A DNA stretch of 32,000 nt from a cyanobacterium endosymbiont of Braarudosphaera bigelowii (GCF_020885515.1 NZ_AP024987.1:570001-602000), one strand, 5' to 3'; positions 10,689 to 20,375 are shown, counted from the first letter of the stretch. Notes: generated from the letters alone by a model not told the origin. Program-made: numbers and translations.

Positions 10689-10718
10689 TACTCAGTTTTA
10701 TTTTAATAAAATTGAGTA
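10689..10718. other. 12-bp inverted repeat (one G-U pair) in the 1.09-kb divergent spacer
   Basis: tactcagtttta / taaaattgagta with 6-nt loop ttttaa. Confidence 0.45.
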
Positions 10719-10818
10719 GCTAATAAATTGGTAAAATCTTCTGGTTATATGATTACTATCTTCTGAATTATTTATTATTAATACACTTACTTAGTATCTT
10801 ATAGTAAGACACATTTTT

Positions 10819-10865
10819 CATTAGCTCAAGAAAAACTGCCAAAAAATTTTTTTCTGTGGCTAATG
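10819..10865. other. Two-part imperfect hairpin in the same spacer
   Basis: cattagc/gctaatg outer and agaaaaa/tttttct inner stems, separated by a 3x3 internal loop. Confidence 0.45.
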
Positions 10866-11142
10866 ATATCAGAATACAAAAAAAGTTATAAATTAACTAA
10901 AAGATATATTTACTAATTAAATATATCTTTCCAATATAAAAAATACTTACACTGTAATTTATTATTTTGATAGATAAAGTTCTATAGCTTATAACTAAAA
11001 AAATTATATTAGTACTAAATTTAAGTAGTTAATACCTATAGGTGAACATACATAACGAGAAGATATAAAGTATCTTTTGAGTTTTAGTTTAATGATATAG
11101 TTAAAGTCACATTGATGGTGTAATGATAAGAAATAGTAAATA

Positions 11143-12639
11143 ATGCTTAATTTTAAGTTATCATTTTTAGTTAAATTATTTTTTAGTTTCGTTCTTATTG
11201 GTTTAATTAGTTTATACTTATCAGCCTGTAATGAGTCTTTTGAGAAAACTTCCCTGAAAATCAAGACCAATTCAGTTATTACTGTTAAGAATCAATTATC
11301 AGAAGTTTCCCCTCCAGATACTATTCGATTGTTAAATAAAAGTTTAAAAAATTACCATCCTAAAGTAAGCATTACGGATCCTAAGCAATATGAAGTTCTA
11401 TCGGATAATACTGTATCGGTTAAATTGAAATTAATGGATTTTCCTTTGTTTAAAAATAAAAACTTAGGTCTTGGTCCTCACTTAAATCTTTTTGTTGACA
11501 ACAAATCTTATAAAAAAATTTATGATTTAAATGAACCAATAATTTTAGAAGATTTAGATCCTGGAACACATACTATAAGAGTTTTAGCTTCTAGTCCATG
11601 GTATGAAAGTTTTAAGACCAAAGAAGCATATGCTCAAACAACATTTCATGTATTTACAAAAATAGATAATAATTTACCAAATCTTTCTTTACCTCTACTT
11701 ACATACAACAGTCCCCGGGGTGATTATGGTGAGGAACCTATTATGTTAGATTTCTATGTATTTGATCCATCCTCAGATTCAATGGAAAGTTATACTGTTG
11801 AAGATAAAGATAATTGTTGGCGTGTAAAAGTAACTATTAATGAAGAGATCTTTATTCTAGATTCGTTAGAACCTATTTATCTAAAAGGTTTTCAACCAGG
11901 CAAAAACTGGATTAGATTAGAGTTAATTGATAAATATGGAAAAAAAATCAATAATGTCTTCAACGATTCAATACAGTTGATTAATTATAATCCTAATAAA
12001 AAAGATACATTGTCTGCACTACTTCAAGATAAATTATCTAACCAGTTAGCCTATTCTCTTATCGATCCAAAATATATAAAAATTCCACGATTAGCTAATG
12101 AAGAAGAAATCCTCCCTGTTTCTCAACTTGAAGAAATAATAACAGCGGAGAATGAGAAAATATCTGAAGAAATTCCACAATTAGCTAATGAAGAAGAAAT
12201 CCTCCCTGTTTCTCAACTTGAAGAAATAATAACAGCGGAGAATGAGAAAATATCTGAAGAAATTCCACAATTAGCTAATGAAGAAGAAATCCTCCCTGTT
12301 TCTCAACTTGAAGAAATAATAACAGCGGAGAATGAGAAAATATCTGAAGAAATTCCACAATTAGCTAATGAAGAAGAAATCCTCCCTGTTTCTCAACTTG
12401 AAGAAATAATAACAGCGGAGAATGAGAAAATATCTGAAGAAATTCCACAATTAGCTAATGAAGAAGAAATCCTCTCTGTTTCTCAACTTGAAGAAATAAC
12501 AACAGCGGAGAATGAGAAAATATCTGAAAAAATTCCACGATCGAAGTGGTTAAAAAAATTAATTTTATTAATTAAAAAAATAAATTTATATACTATAAGA
12601 GATTTTATGAATAATATTCAAACAAAATTTATCAACTAA
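11143..12639 (+). CDS. Predicted lipoprotein of unknown function with a C-terminal 30-aa tandem repeat
   Basis: Signal peptide with lipobox-like LYLSAC; 498 aa; five repeats of LANEEEILPVSQLEEIITAENEKISEEIPQ. Confidence 0.85.
   Translation: MLNFKLSFLVKLFFSFVLIGLISLYLSACNESFEKTSLKIKTNSVITVKNQLSEVSPPDTIRLLNKSLKNYHPKVSITDPKQYEVLSDNTVSVKLKLMDFPLFKNKNLGLGPHLNLFVDNKSYKKIYDLNEPIILEDLDPGTHTIRVLASSPWYESFKTKEAYAQTTFHVFTKIDNNLPNLSLPLLTYNSPRGDYGEEPIMLDFYVFDPSSDSMESYTVEDKDNCWRVKVTINEEIFILDSLEPIYLKGFQPGKNWIRLELIDKYGKKINNVFNDSIQLINYNPNKKDTLSALLQDKLSNQLAYSLIDPKYIKIPRLANEEEILPVSQLEEIITAENEKISEEIPQLANEEEILPVSQLEEIITAENEKISEEIPQLANEEEILPVSQLEEIITAENEKISEEIPQLANEEEILPVSQLEEIITAENEKISEEIPQLANEEEILSVSQLEEITTAENEKISEKIPRSKWLKKLILLIKKINLYTIRDFMNNIQTKFIN
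12091..12540 (+). repeat. 90-bp in-frame tandem repeat, 5 copies (12091, 12181, 12271, 12361, 12451)
   Basis: Copies 1-4 are identical by direct comparison; copy 5 has four substitutions. A 12-nt piece matching the repeat end (aaaattccacga) precedes copy 1 at 12079-12090. Confidence 0.98.
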
Positions 12640-12772
12640 ATATTAATGTGACTTTTAAAATTTATGGGCTTTATAAAGTTATAGTTAAGTTTTTTGAGTT
12701 ATGTTTCAAAGCTGAACTATTCTAAAAAGTATCTAGAGACAATTTATCCAATTAAGCTGGAGTGAGTTTATC

Positions 12773-13378
12773 GTGTTTATTAAACACTCACACATATTAG
12801 CAGGATTAGCTCTTAGCTTGTCCTTTTTCGGTATCAACCCTGCCCAGGCAGACACAAATCAAAAAGAGATTTTCCTGAGCCAGTTGAGAGGTTCCGCTAT
12901 TGAAGACCCTATCGATGTTTATCGTGCAGATTGGTTAAAATTTAAATTTGAAGATTATGCTATTGGTCGTATTCGTGGAGTTACTGGAGATGTAGCTCAA
13001 ATCCAAATCATTTCAGCTGGTCAGAGCAAAGATGCTCATATCAGAATGCATTATGATGTTGGAATGTTTACTAAAGGAGAACGAGATGTTTGGCGTGTTA
13101 GTACTCAAATGCCACGCCAATGGCCTACTCTCGTAGCTGGTTCTGATGTAATCATGAAGGAAGTAGATGGTCAATGGGTTATTGTCAGCCCTAAAAGATC
13201 TGATTTAGATGCATATTTTGCATATGCTCAACCTAGTTGGGTATCTCGTTTAGATTTGCGAGAAGTTCCTTTAGTTACACGTACAGATATTAACTGGGGA
13301 CGCCCTGATGTAAGTTTGCCTCCTTTGCAACCCAACAGAAAACAAGTGGCACCAGAGCCAGTACCTGGTATGTGGTAA
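12773..13378 (+). CDS. Conserved cyanobacterial exported protein of unknown function (GTG start)
   Basis: Signal peptide (LAGLALSLSFFGINPAQA); unbroken 201-aa ORF with higher G+C and a globular, well-formed composition. Confidence 0.8.
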   Translation: MFIKHSHILAGLALSLSFFGINPAQADTNQKEIFLSQLRGSAIEDPIDVYRADWLKFKFEDYAIGRIRGVTGDVAQIQIISAGQSKDAHIRMHYDVGMFTKGERDVWRVSTQMPRQWPTLVAGSDVIMKEVDGQWVIVSPKRSDLDAYFAYAQPSWVSRLDLREVPLVTRTDINWGRPDVSLPPLQPNRKQVAPEPVPGMW

Positions 13379-13382
13379 AACC

Positions 13383-13480
13383 ATAATCAAAACTATCATT
13401 TTAATTTAAAGACTAAAAGCAACACCTTGAGGTCAAGGTGTTGCTTTTAGTCTTTAAATTAAAATGATAGTTTTGATTAT
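13383..13480. terminator. Perfect 48-bp inverted repeat with 2-nt spacer; likely includes an intrinsic terminator core
   Basis: Arm 13383-13430 ataatcaaaactatcattttaatttaaagactaaaagcaacaccttga is the exact reverse complement of 13433-13480; spacer gg. The G+C-richer core aaaagcaacacctt/aaggtgttgctttt lies 4 nt-plus downstream of the stop at 13378. Confidence 0.85.
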
Positions 13481-13615
13481 TAACAATAACTTTCTTTTTC
13501 TTACACTAAGAAGCTAATTAAATATATATTTAAAAGTATTTATAATTAAGGTTAGCGTAATATATTGTTAAATATTTTTATTTAAAAAAAAACATTAGTC
13601 TTAATAAATTTTTTA

Positions 13616-14227
13616 ATGGATAAATCATTTAAAAGAATTATAGGTTTGACTGGTGGAATAGCTACTGGGAAAACAATTGTTTCTTCTTATATTAAGCAAA
13701 ACTTTAATATTCCTATTCTAGATGCAGATATTTATGCTAGAGATGCAATTAAGATTAATTCTAATATTTTTAAACTCATTCAAAAACGATATGGAAAAAA
13801 TATTTGTTTAAGAAATGGGGAACTAGATTATCAAAAATTAGGAAATATATTATTTCATGATGTTAAACAGAAAGAATGGCTAGAAAATAAGATTCATCCT
13901 TATGTTAAGCAGGTATTTACCAAAGAAATTAGAAAAAGCAATACTAAAGTTCTGATTTTCGATCTTCCGTTGCTTTTTGAATCTAAATTAACTTTTTTAA
14001 TAACAGAAGTCTGGATTGTATATTGTGATCAAAAAGAACAGTTAAGAAGGTTAATAAACAGAAATTGTTTGACAAAAAACGAAGGTATTATACGTATTAA
14101 AAATCAATTGTCATTTAAAGATAAAATAGATAAAGCAGATTATGTACTTGATAACTCTTCAACACTCGCAAATTTATATGTCCAAATCAATAAAATTATC
14201 GAAGAAACTAATTTATATTTACGGTAA
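13616..14227 (+). CDS. coaE: Dephospho-CoA kinase
   Basis: GLTGGIATGKTIVSSY P-loop, ILDADIYARD and DLPLLFES. Confidence 0.95.
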   Translation: MDKSFKRIIGLTGGIATGKTIVSSYIKQNFNIPILDADIYARDAIKINSNIFKLIQKRYGKNICLRNGELDYQKLGNILFHDVKQKEWLENKIHPYVKQVFTKEIRKSNTKVLIFDLPLLFESKLTFLITEVWIVYCDQKEQLRRLINRNCLTKNEGIIRIKNQLSFKDKIDKADYVLDNSSTLANLYVQINKIIEETNLYLR

Positions 14228-14305
14228 GTTCTAATCTCTATATTATTGGAAACCTCTGAAATACTTCAGATAAACAAAAACTAAACAAACTATTAATTGG
14301 CAAGC

Positions 14306-15199
14306 TTATTTTTCATAATATACGGATATTTTAAGATTAATAATTGAAAAAGCTAATATTATTAAAAACAAAACCAACCCAATCGTACATGCATAATTAA
14401 TATCTAAGTCATGAAATGCTTTCTCGTAGAGATAATAAACAATTGTTTTAGAACTATTTAATGGTCCTCCCTGAGTCATGATATACACTTCCTCAAAAGT
14501 TTTAATAGCAGAAATAGAAGATATGACGGTGACTAGCAATATATAAGAGCGCATTAAAGGGATCGTAATATCCAAATGTTTTTGCCAACCATCTGAGCCA
14601 TCTATAGCAGCTGCTTCATACAATTCTTTTGGAATTCCTTGTAATCCAGCTAGATAAATCATCATATAGTATCCTAAGCCTTTCCAAATTGTAACAAGCA
14701 TAACACTCCAAATTGCCATCTCAGTACTGGTCAACCAAGGAACTCCGTTTAATAAACCTACATAACTAAGTAATTGATTGAATAACCCATTGGAGCCATA
14801 AAGTGTTTTCCATGTAATTCCTACGACAACTGTTGAAATAATAACAGGGATATAAAATGCTAAACGAAATAAGTGAATACCTCTTAAATTATTATTGACT
14901 AAAATAGCTAGTAAAAGAGGAAGTGAAACTAGAAAAGGAACTACCCCGAAAAGATATAATACTGTGTTTATTAATGTTCTCCAAAATACTGAATCATGTG
15001 ATAGTCTATAAAAGTTTTCTAAACCTATCCAACTAGAAGGTTGTGTCAGATCGTAGTTATATTGCGTAAAACTTAAGTAAAAAGCCTGAAAAGTAGGAAA
15101 TAAGATAGTAATTCCAAGTAAAAGTAAAGCTGGAAATAAGAATAAATATGGTGTAAGTTTTATTAATAATTGTTGTTTAATCAAAGTTACAAATTTCAC
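14306..15199 (-). CDS. Carbohydrate ABC transporter permease, MalF/UgpA-like (GTG start)
   Basis: Six-TM profile and the EAAAIDGSDGWQKHLDITIPLMR EAA loop; FEEVYIMTQGGP motif. Confidence 0.9.
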   Translation of the reverse strand: MKFVTLIKQQLLIKLTPYLFLFPALLLLGITILFPTFQAFYLSFTQYNYDLTQPSSWIGLENFYRLSHDSVFWRTLINTVLYLFGVVPFLVSLPLLLAILVNNNLRGIHLFRLAFYIPVIISTVVVGITWKTLYGSNGLFNQLLSYVGLLNGVPWLTSTEMAIWSVMLVTIWKGLGYYMMIYLAGLQGIPKELYEAAAIDGSDGWQKHLDITIPLMRSYILLVTVISSISAIKTFEEVYIMTQGGPLNSSKTIVYYLYEKAFHDLDINYACTIGLVLFLIILAFSIINLKISVYYEK

Positions 15200-15772
15200 A
15201 AAGATTTCGATATCTACTTTAGCTCTACTTGAGATAATAACACAGGAAATCAGAAAAATCTTTAAAGAATAATTTAATATATTTTGTCATAAAATTCGTT
15301 AATAATAAATAAATTAAAATGATATTCATTAAATATTAATATCAAAAAACAAAAGATATTTCAAAAGCCATAATCTATTAATAACTATAATTTTTACCTA
15401 ATTTATTCGAATTTCTAGAAAGTTATACAATATATTATAAGAGTTCAATTAAATATAATATACTTATTGCTAAATTAACTTTAGCCTCTCAAAATTTTAC
15501 CCATTTATCATAAATTAATAAATATAAAATACAGAAATTTTTTACATTTTCAATCTTTTAAATAATTAAGAAAATTTAAGTATAATTTAAGACTGTATTG
15601 AATAAATAGCTAACACAGTAACTAGTAAGCCTCTTTAACTATATGTTATATTTTAACTAGTAAATATTTACTTAAATATATTTTTTCTTTACAGCAAAAT
15701 CAATTATTTACTATTATCATGTAGTAGATTTAACAATAATTTTAATTAAGGTTAAAGTTTTTATTATCTGTT

Positions 15773-16342
15773 ATGAGTCAAAATTACGAAATTTCTCAAC
15801 CACTTCCTCCTAGTGTCAAACGTGCCTCAACTATTCTTCAATGGTCAGGAAATATCGGCTTTTGGACACAGTTAGTATTGGGAGTATTGGCAGCAGCTCT
15901 CTTATTTTTGTCTTTAGCAGGATTAGTTACACAGGACAAATCATCAGAAGGAACTTCTTTTAGTATTTTTTGTTCTATTTCTGGTGTTATAGCGCTGATG
16001 ATTAGTACATTTATTTGTTTTAGATACAAAAAAATTGCTCAATTAATGAAGAATCCTGAGCCGAAAGCTAGGCCTAAAAAATCTTCAACTTTGCAGTTAA
16101 TCAGGACAGGTTTATTGTCTAATTTAATTGGTATTTTTTTATCAATTATTGGTGCAGAAGGTTTTGTTGGAATTCTTTGGCGCAAGCTTTCTAATATTCC
16201 TCAAGGTGCGGCAGTCTATGATACTGGTAAATTGCCGACTCCTAGTGAGATTTTATTACTCTTAGCTAATACCCATACAATATCATGTCATTTTGCTGGA
16301 ATAATAGTAGGTTTATATCTTTTAGATCGTTTAGATAGATAA
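15773..16342 (+). CDS. DUF3611-family membrane protein
   Basis: 189 aa, four hydrophobic segments, PPSVKRASTILQWSGNIGFWTQLVLGV start. Confidence 0.75.
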   Translation: MSQNYEISQPLPPSVKRASTILQWSGNIGFWTQLVLGVLAAALLFLSLAGLVTQDKSSEGTSFSIFCSISGVIALMISTFICFRYKKIAQLMKNPEPKARPKKSSTLQLIRTGLLSNLIGIFLSIIGAEGFVGILWRKLSNIPQGAAVYDTGKLPTPSEILLLLANTHTISCHFAGIIVGLYLLDRLDR

Positions 16343-16369
16343 TCATTTAAATAACTAACCATCATAGGA

Positions 16370-16705
16370 TTGATGCAGAAAACAAGACTTAATACTTTGT
16401 ATGAAATCATATGTAATAATTTAAGCCAGACTTTTAGCAATCCTTGGCGTAATTTATTTCTGAACTTGACTAGTATTCTCGCAGGTTTTTTTATTGGTCA
16501 GGCTATTGCAACCATAGCAGGGCAAGAATCTTACTGGGAGATTACAGTTGGAATCATTTTATTAATATTTACCGAAGTCAGTAGCAAAGTAGTTTACAGT
16601 AAAAAAAAGACTAAGAAAAAAATATTGTGGTTAGAAACCTTTAACTTTTTCAAAATGGGTATTATTTATAGTTTGTATATAGAAGCTTTAAAACTCGGAT
16701 CTTAA
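16370..16705 (+). CDS. ycf20: Ycf20 (DUF565) family protein
   Basis: NPWRNLFLNLTSILAGFFIGQAIATIAGQ and overall length (111 aa). Confidence 0.75.
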   Translation: MMQKTRLNTLYEIICNNLSQTFSNPWRNLFLNLTSILAGFFIGQAIATIAGQESYWEITVGIILLIFTEVSSKVVYSKKKTKKKILWLETFNFFKMGIIYSLYIEALKLGS

Positions 16706-16973
16706 TTAAAAACTTTAATACTTTTTATTATAAAAACTAAAAAACATTCCTATTTGTTATACGTAAAAATGAAAATAAGTATCTATTAAAATGATATATT
16801 AATATATATTTTGAGAGTAAGTTTGTATAGTTTTCTACTTCAAATTTATTAAAGAAAACAATATATCTTTTAAATGTTAGGATAATTGATTCTATTTAGT
16901 AAATTCCACACTTAGTAATTCTGAATTGAATTTATTTTAATCTTAAAGAATCTATAGGTCCTAAATTAAATTT

Positions 16974-17885
16974 ATGAAACAGTCTTCCTTAATCGGAATT
17001 GATATTGGGGGAACCAATATTAAGATTGGACAATTTCTTGAAAACGGAGTGTGTGTTAACTCTTCAACAATAGTAACCCCTAAGCCTGCGACTCCTGAAG
17101 CTATAGTTAAAACTACTACACAGACAGTTAAAGCATTGATCAAAGATTATAATTGTATAGCTCTAGGTGTTGGAATACCTGGACCTGTAGACCATACTAA
17201 TAGAATTTCTAAAGTAGCTATTAACCTTTCTAATTGGGAGAATGTTCCTTTAGCAAGATTACTAGAAGAATCTACTCAATTACCTACAACTATTGCAAAT
17301 GATGCTGATTGTGCAGGTTTAGGTGAAGCTTGGTTGGGTGCAGGAAGATATTATAAGAATTTAATAATGTTAACTTTAGGAACAGGAGTTGGAGGAGCAA
17401 TTATCCTTAATGGCCAATTATTTACAGGACATTTAGGAACTGCAGGAGAATTAGGATTGATTACTCTAGACTTTAATGGTCCTATTTGTAAGAGTGGCAA
17501 CAGAGGATCTCTAGAACAATTTGGATCAATTCAGGCTATACATCGTATGACAGGTATGGATCCAGCTGAACTTAGTAGATTAGCAAAAGAAGGAAATCAA
17601 GAAGCAATCGCTTTTTGGGAAAAATATGGCCAATTACTAGGGATAGGACTGGCAAATTTAATTTATATATTAACTCCAGAAGTAATAGTTATAGGTGGTG
17701 GTATTAGCAATAGTATATCTTTTTTCCTTGGAGCTACTCTAAGGGAAATTGAGCAACGTGTTCTGCCAACTTCTCGTACAAATTTAAAATTATTAGAGGC
17801 AACATTGGGAGATAAGGCAGGTATGCTTGGTGCTGCTAGGCTTGCTTCGAATATGGCTAATAATATTAACAATAAGTTTTATTAA
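16974..17885 (+). CDS. glk: ROK-family glucokinase
   Basis: IGIDIGGTNIKIGQF, LGVGIPGPVD, ANDADCAGLGEAW and LGTGVGGAIILNGQL motifs. The cysteine-rich ROK motif is not canonical, so substrate is inferred. Confidence 0.82.
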   Translation: MKQSSLIGIDIGGTNIKIGQFLENGVCVNSSTIVTPKPATPEAIVKTTTQTVKALIKDYNCIALGVGIPGPVDHTNRISKVAINLSNWENVPLARLLEESTQLPTTIANDADCAGLGEAWLGAGRYYKNLIMLTLGTGVGGAIILNGQLFTGHLGTAGELGLITLDFNGPICKSGNRGSLEQFGSIQAIHRMTGMDPAELSRLAKEGNQEAIAFWEKYGQLLGIGLANLIYILTPEVIVIGGGISNSISFFLGATLREIEQRVLPTSRTNLKLLEATLGDKAGMLGAARLASNMANNINNKFY

Positions 17886-17899
17886 TATTATCTGAAATA

Positions 17900-19513
17900 T
17901 TATACAAAAATATCATCTGAAAATCTTGATGTTTGTGCTGAATTTTCATCAAATAAGTCAAACAATTTTCTGCAAGCAACTTCTTGACTTTCTATCGTTT
18001 GTCCGTAAGAAAATATCCAAGGTAAGTTTTGAGTTACATTTATTTTTATAAACCAATCTAAAACATATGGACTTCCGTAAACAATTAAGCCTTGAGGAAG
18101 AGAAGTGGAAAATAATTTGAGACAAGAGGCTTTAGATTTATCACACAAACCTGCATTTGCTCTAAAAGGATTCCCTCGCATAAAAATTTGTAATAATGTC
18201 AAGCGATTATCATCTAAGACATTTTGTAAATTAATAGATTCTACTATTTGTAAATCATAACCTAAAGATTTAGGTATGGTTATTCCAGGAGATTGCTGAG
18301 TTAAGAAAGATATACTAAGTAAATTATCAACTACTATTAAGTTACGTTTCTTATTTTTTACAATTGTTTTTAATGGTAATTTTGAACTTGTTCTTATAGA
18401 TTTATGAATAATATTAGTAACAACTTTCTGAGTATTTTGATCTGATAAAGTATAAACTGAATCAATATCATGTCTGTAATTATATATTTTATTTTTTGCT
18501 TTCCAAATTTTATCAAGAGACTGATCAATTGCCTCTATCTCTAACTCTCCAGACTCTACTGCATCATTAATAGTTTCTATAGTATTATTTAAATTGTTCG
18601 GCATTAACAATATGTTGGCACCAGCTTTAATAGCCTTAATCGCTATTTCTTCAGGAGAAAAATATTTTGATATTCCTCCCATAATTAGTGCATCTGTAAT
18701 GATTAGTCCTTCAAAATTCAAGTTTTTTCTTAATTGTTCAGTTAAGATTTTTTTTGATAAAGTAGCTGGATTTTTTTTATCCCAAGCGTTAATTAAAATA
18801 TGAGCACTCATTATGCTGTCAACTTTTGCATTAATTACCTCCCTAAATGGAACTAATTCTAAATTATTTAACCTTTTAGAATCAGAGTTAATTATAGGTA
18901 GTTCAATATGAGAATCATTATCTGTATTACCATGACCTGGGAAATGCTTGGCTGTTGTTAAGATGGGATAATTTTTTGTACCTTCAATAAAAGCCTTAGC
19001 TAATTGAGAAACTATCTCGGGAGTTTCTCCAAAAGAACGAATATTAATGACGGGATTGTTGGGATTATTATTAATGTCGACTATCGGTGCTAGTACCCAA
19101 TTAATACCAATAGACAATGCTTCCTTTCCTATTATCTTCCCCATATTGTAGGTCAGTTCAATAGCAGTTTCTAAATCATATTTTGCAATTTCTCCTAAAG
19201 CCATTGGAGGTGGAAATTCAGTTGCACCTGAAAAACGTTGACCTACCCCTTCTTCAATATCTGCAGCAATAAATAGTGGAACGCGTGATAGTTTTTGTAA
19301 CTGTCTAGTCCTTAGTGTTATTTCTGCAGCACTTCCTCCTAGTAAGATTACTCCACCTATATTTAAGGTATTTAACCAACTAAACAACTTATCATTAGAA
19401 GCTTCCCAGGTTGGATAACGTCTCTCATGATCAAATAAAAATCCGGAAGCACGAACAATAATCATTTGTCCGATTTTCTGTCTTAAAGTAAATTTCTTCC
19501 AATCAGGTAACAA
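17900..19513 (-). CDS. Glycoside hydrolase family 3 protein, beta-N-acetylhexosaminidase (NagZ)-like
   Basis: KIGQMIIVRASGF, PLFIAADIEEG, TTAKHFPGHGNTDNDSH and LIITDALIMGGI. Confidence 0.88.
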   Translation of the reverse strand: MLPDWKKFTLRQKIGQMIIVRASGFLFDHERRYPTWEASNDKLFSWLNTLNIGGVILLGGSAAEITLRTRQLQKLSRVPLFIAADIEEGVGQRFSGATEFPPPMALGEIAKYDLETAIELTYNMGKIIGKEALSIGINWVLAPIVDINNNPNNPVINIRSFGETPEIVSQLAKAFIEGTKNYPILTTAKHFPGHGNTDNDSHIELPIINSDSKRLNNLELVPFREVINAKVDSIMSAHILINAWDKKNPATLSKKILTEQLRKNLNFEGLIITDALIMGGISKYFSPEEIAIKAIKAGANILLMPNNLNNTIETINDAVESGELEIEAIDQSLDKIWKAKNKIYNYRHDIDSVYTLSDQNTQKVVTNIIHKSIRTSSKLPLKTIVKNKKRNLIVVDNLLSISFLTQQSPGITIPKSLGYDLQIVESINLQNVLDDNRLTLLQIFMRGNPFRANAGLCDKSKASCLKLFSTSLPQGLIVYGSPYVLDWFIKINVTQNLPWIFSYGQTIESQEVACRKLFDLFDENSAQTSRFSDDIFV

Positions 19514-19542
19514 GGAAACCTCAAAAGCTTATTAAATTATTA

Positions 19543-19929
19543 CTATATTAGTGAAGAAGCATCTTGCTCAGTTGTATCAGTATCTCTAAGCTCATTTAGT
19601 AAATGTAACATTTCATTTCCTTTCTCTATACTATGATCTTGAAAAAACTGTACATCTGGAGCACGTCTTAATCTTATACGTTGTGCAAGCTCTTTTCTAA
19701 CATAACCTTCTGAAGATCTTAATCCCTGCATTGTTTCCAACTGTAGTTTTTCTGTTCCATAGATACTGACGAAAATCTTAACATGTTGTAAATCTCCTGA
19801 CAAATATACATTAGTTATGCTGATCATACCGGCTCCTACTCTATCATCTTTAATATCAAAAAGGAGCATATTAGAAATTTCACGTTTAATTAATGAGGAG
19901 ATACGGGAGACTCGACGACTGTTAGCCAT
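19543..19929 (-). CDS. rbfA: Ribosome-binding factor A
   Basis: [39 protein letters not shown] and [12 protein letters not shown]. Confidence 0.93.
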   Translation of the reverse strand: MANSRRVSRISSLIKREISNMLLFDIKDDRVGAGMISITNVYLSGDLQHVKIFVSIYGTEKLQLETMQGLRSSEGYVRKELAQRIRLRRAPDVQFFQDHSIEKGNEMLHLLNELRDTDTTEQDASSLI

Positions 19930-20375
19930 ATTGATCTTTTATCATCTGTGATAAGTAGTATTCAGTTTTTTTTAATAAATAAAACTGTCGATACTGTATT
20001 TGTAGCACAGCATATTCAAATTGTATAGATTTTTGTAAGTTTCTCTTTATTGTATTATTGTTGATCAGTACAAAATACCAAAAAGAAAATTTATAAGTAT
20101 ATTTTATTGTATCAATTCAGATATTAACAACTTATTACCAATAAGTCTTAAGTGCAAATTAAGCTGTGCTTATAATTATAGTATATGCTTTATTTTTTAT
20201 TAAATAAATCGAAAAATATTAAATAGTTGCCTTAGAAACATTTGGTCTTGTTTTCATATAGTGCTTTTTAGAATTATTATAAAGTTCCTATCTTCTTATT
20301 GATAGGATTCTATATTCTTTAATTGATAATAATCTTTTTTTATTTATAAATATCTATAAGTTATAGACTTGTTAC

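Noticed and set aside
11004-11270. 88-aa plus-strand ORF
   Set aside because: Overlaps the start of the lipoprotein gene in another frame; no recognisable motifs.
12091-12540. Possible CRISPR array because of regularly spaced exact repeats
   Set aside because: Repeats are contiguous with no spacers, 90 bp long, in frame and part of a protein; this is an intragenic tandem repeat.
13383-13480. Possible transposon or MITE terminal inverted repeats
   Set aside because: Only 2 nt separate the arms, there is no target-site duplication I can see, and no second copy in the window; a hairpin/terminator interpretation fits better.
15838-16029. 63-aa minus-strand ORF
   Set aside because: Antisense shadow inside the DUF3611 gene.
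16961-17143. 60-aa minus-strand ORF
   Set aside because: Antisense to the glucokinase 5' end; its glycine/valine-rich pattern mirrors the IGIDIGGTN motif on the opposite strand.
17663-17872. 69-aa minus-strand ORF
   Set aside because: Antisense shadow of the glucokinase C-terminus.
18594-18803. 69-aa plus-strand ORF
   Set aside because: Antisense to the GH3 gene.
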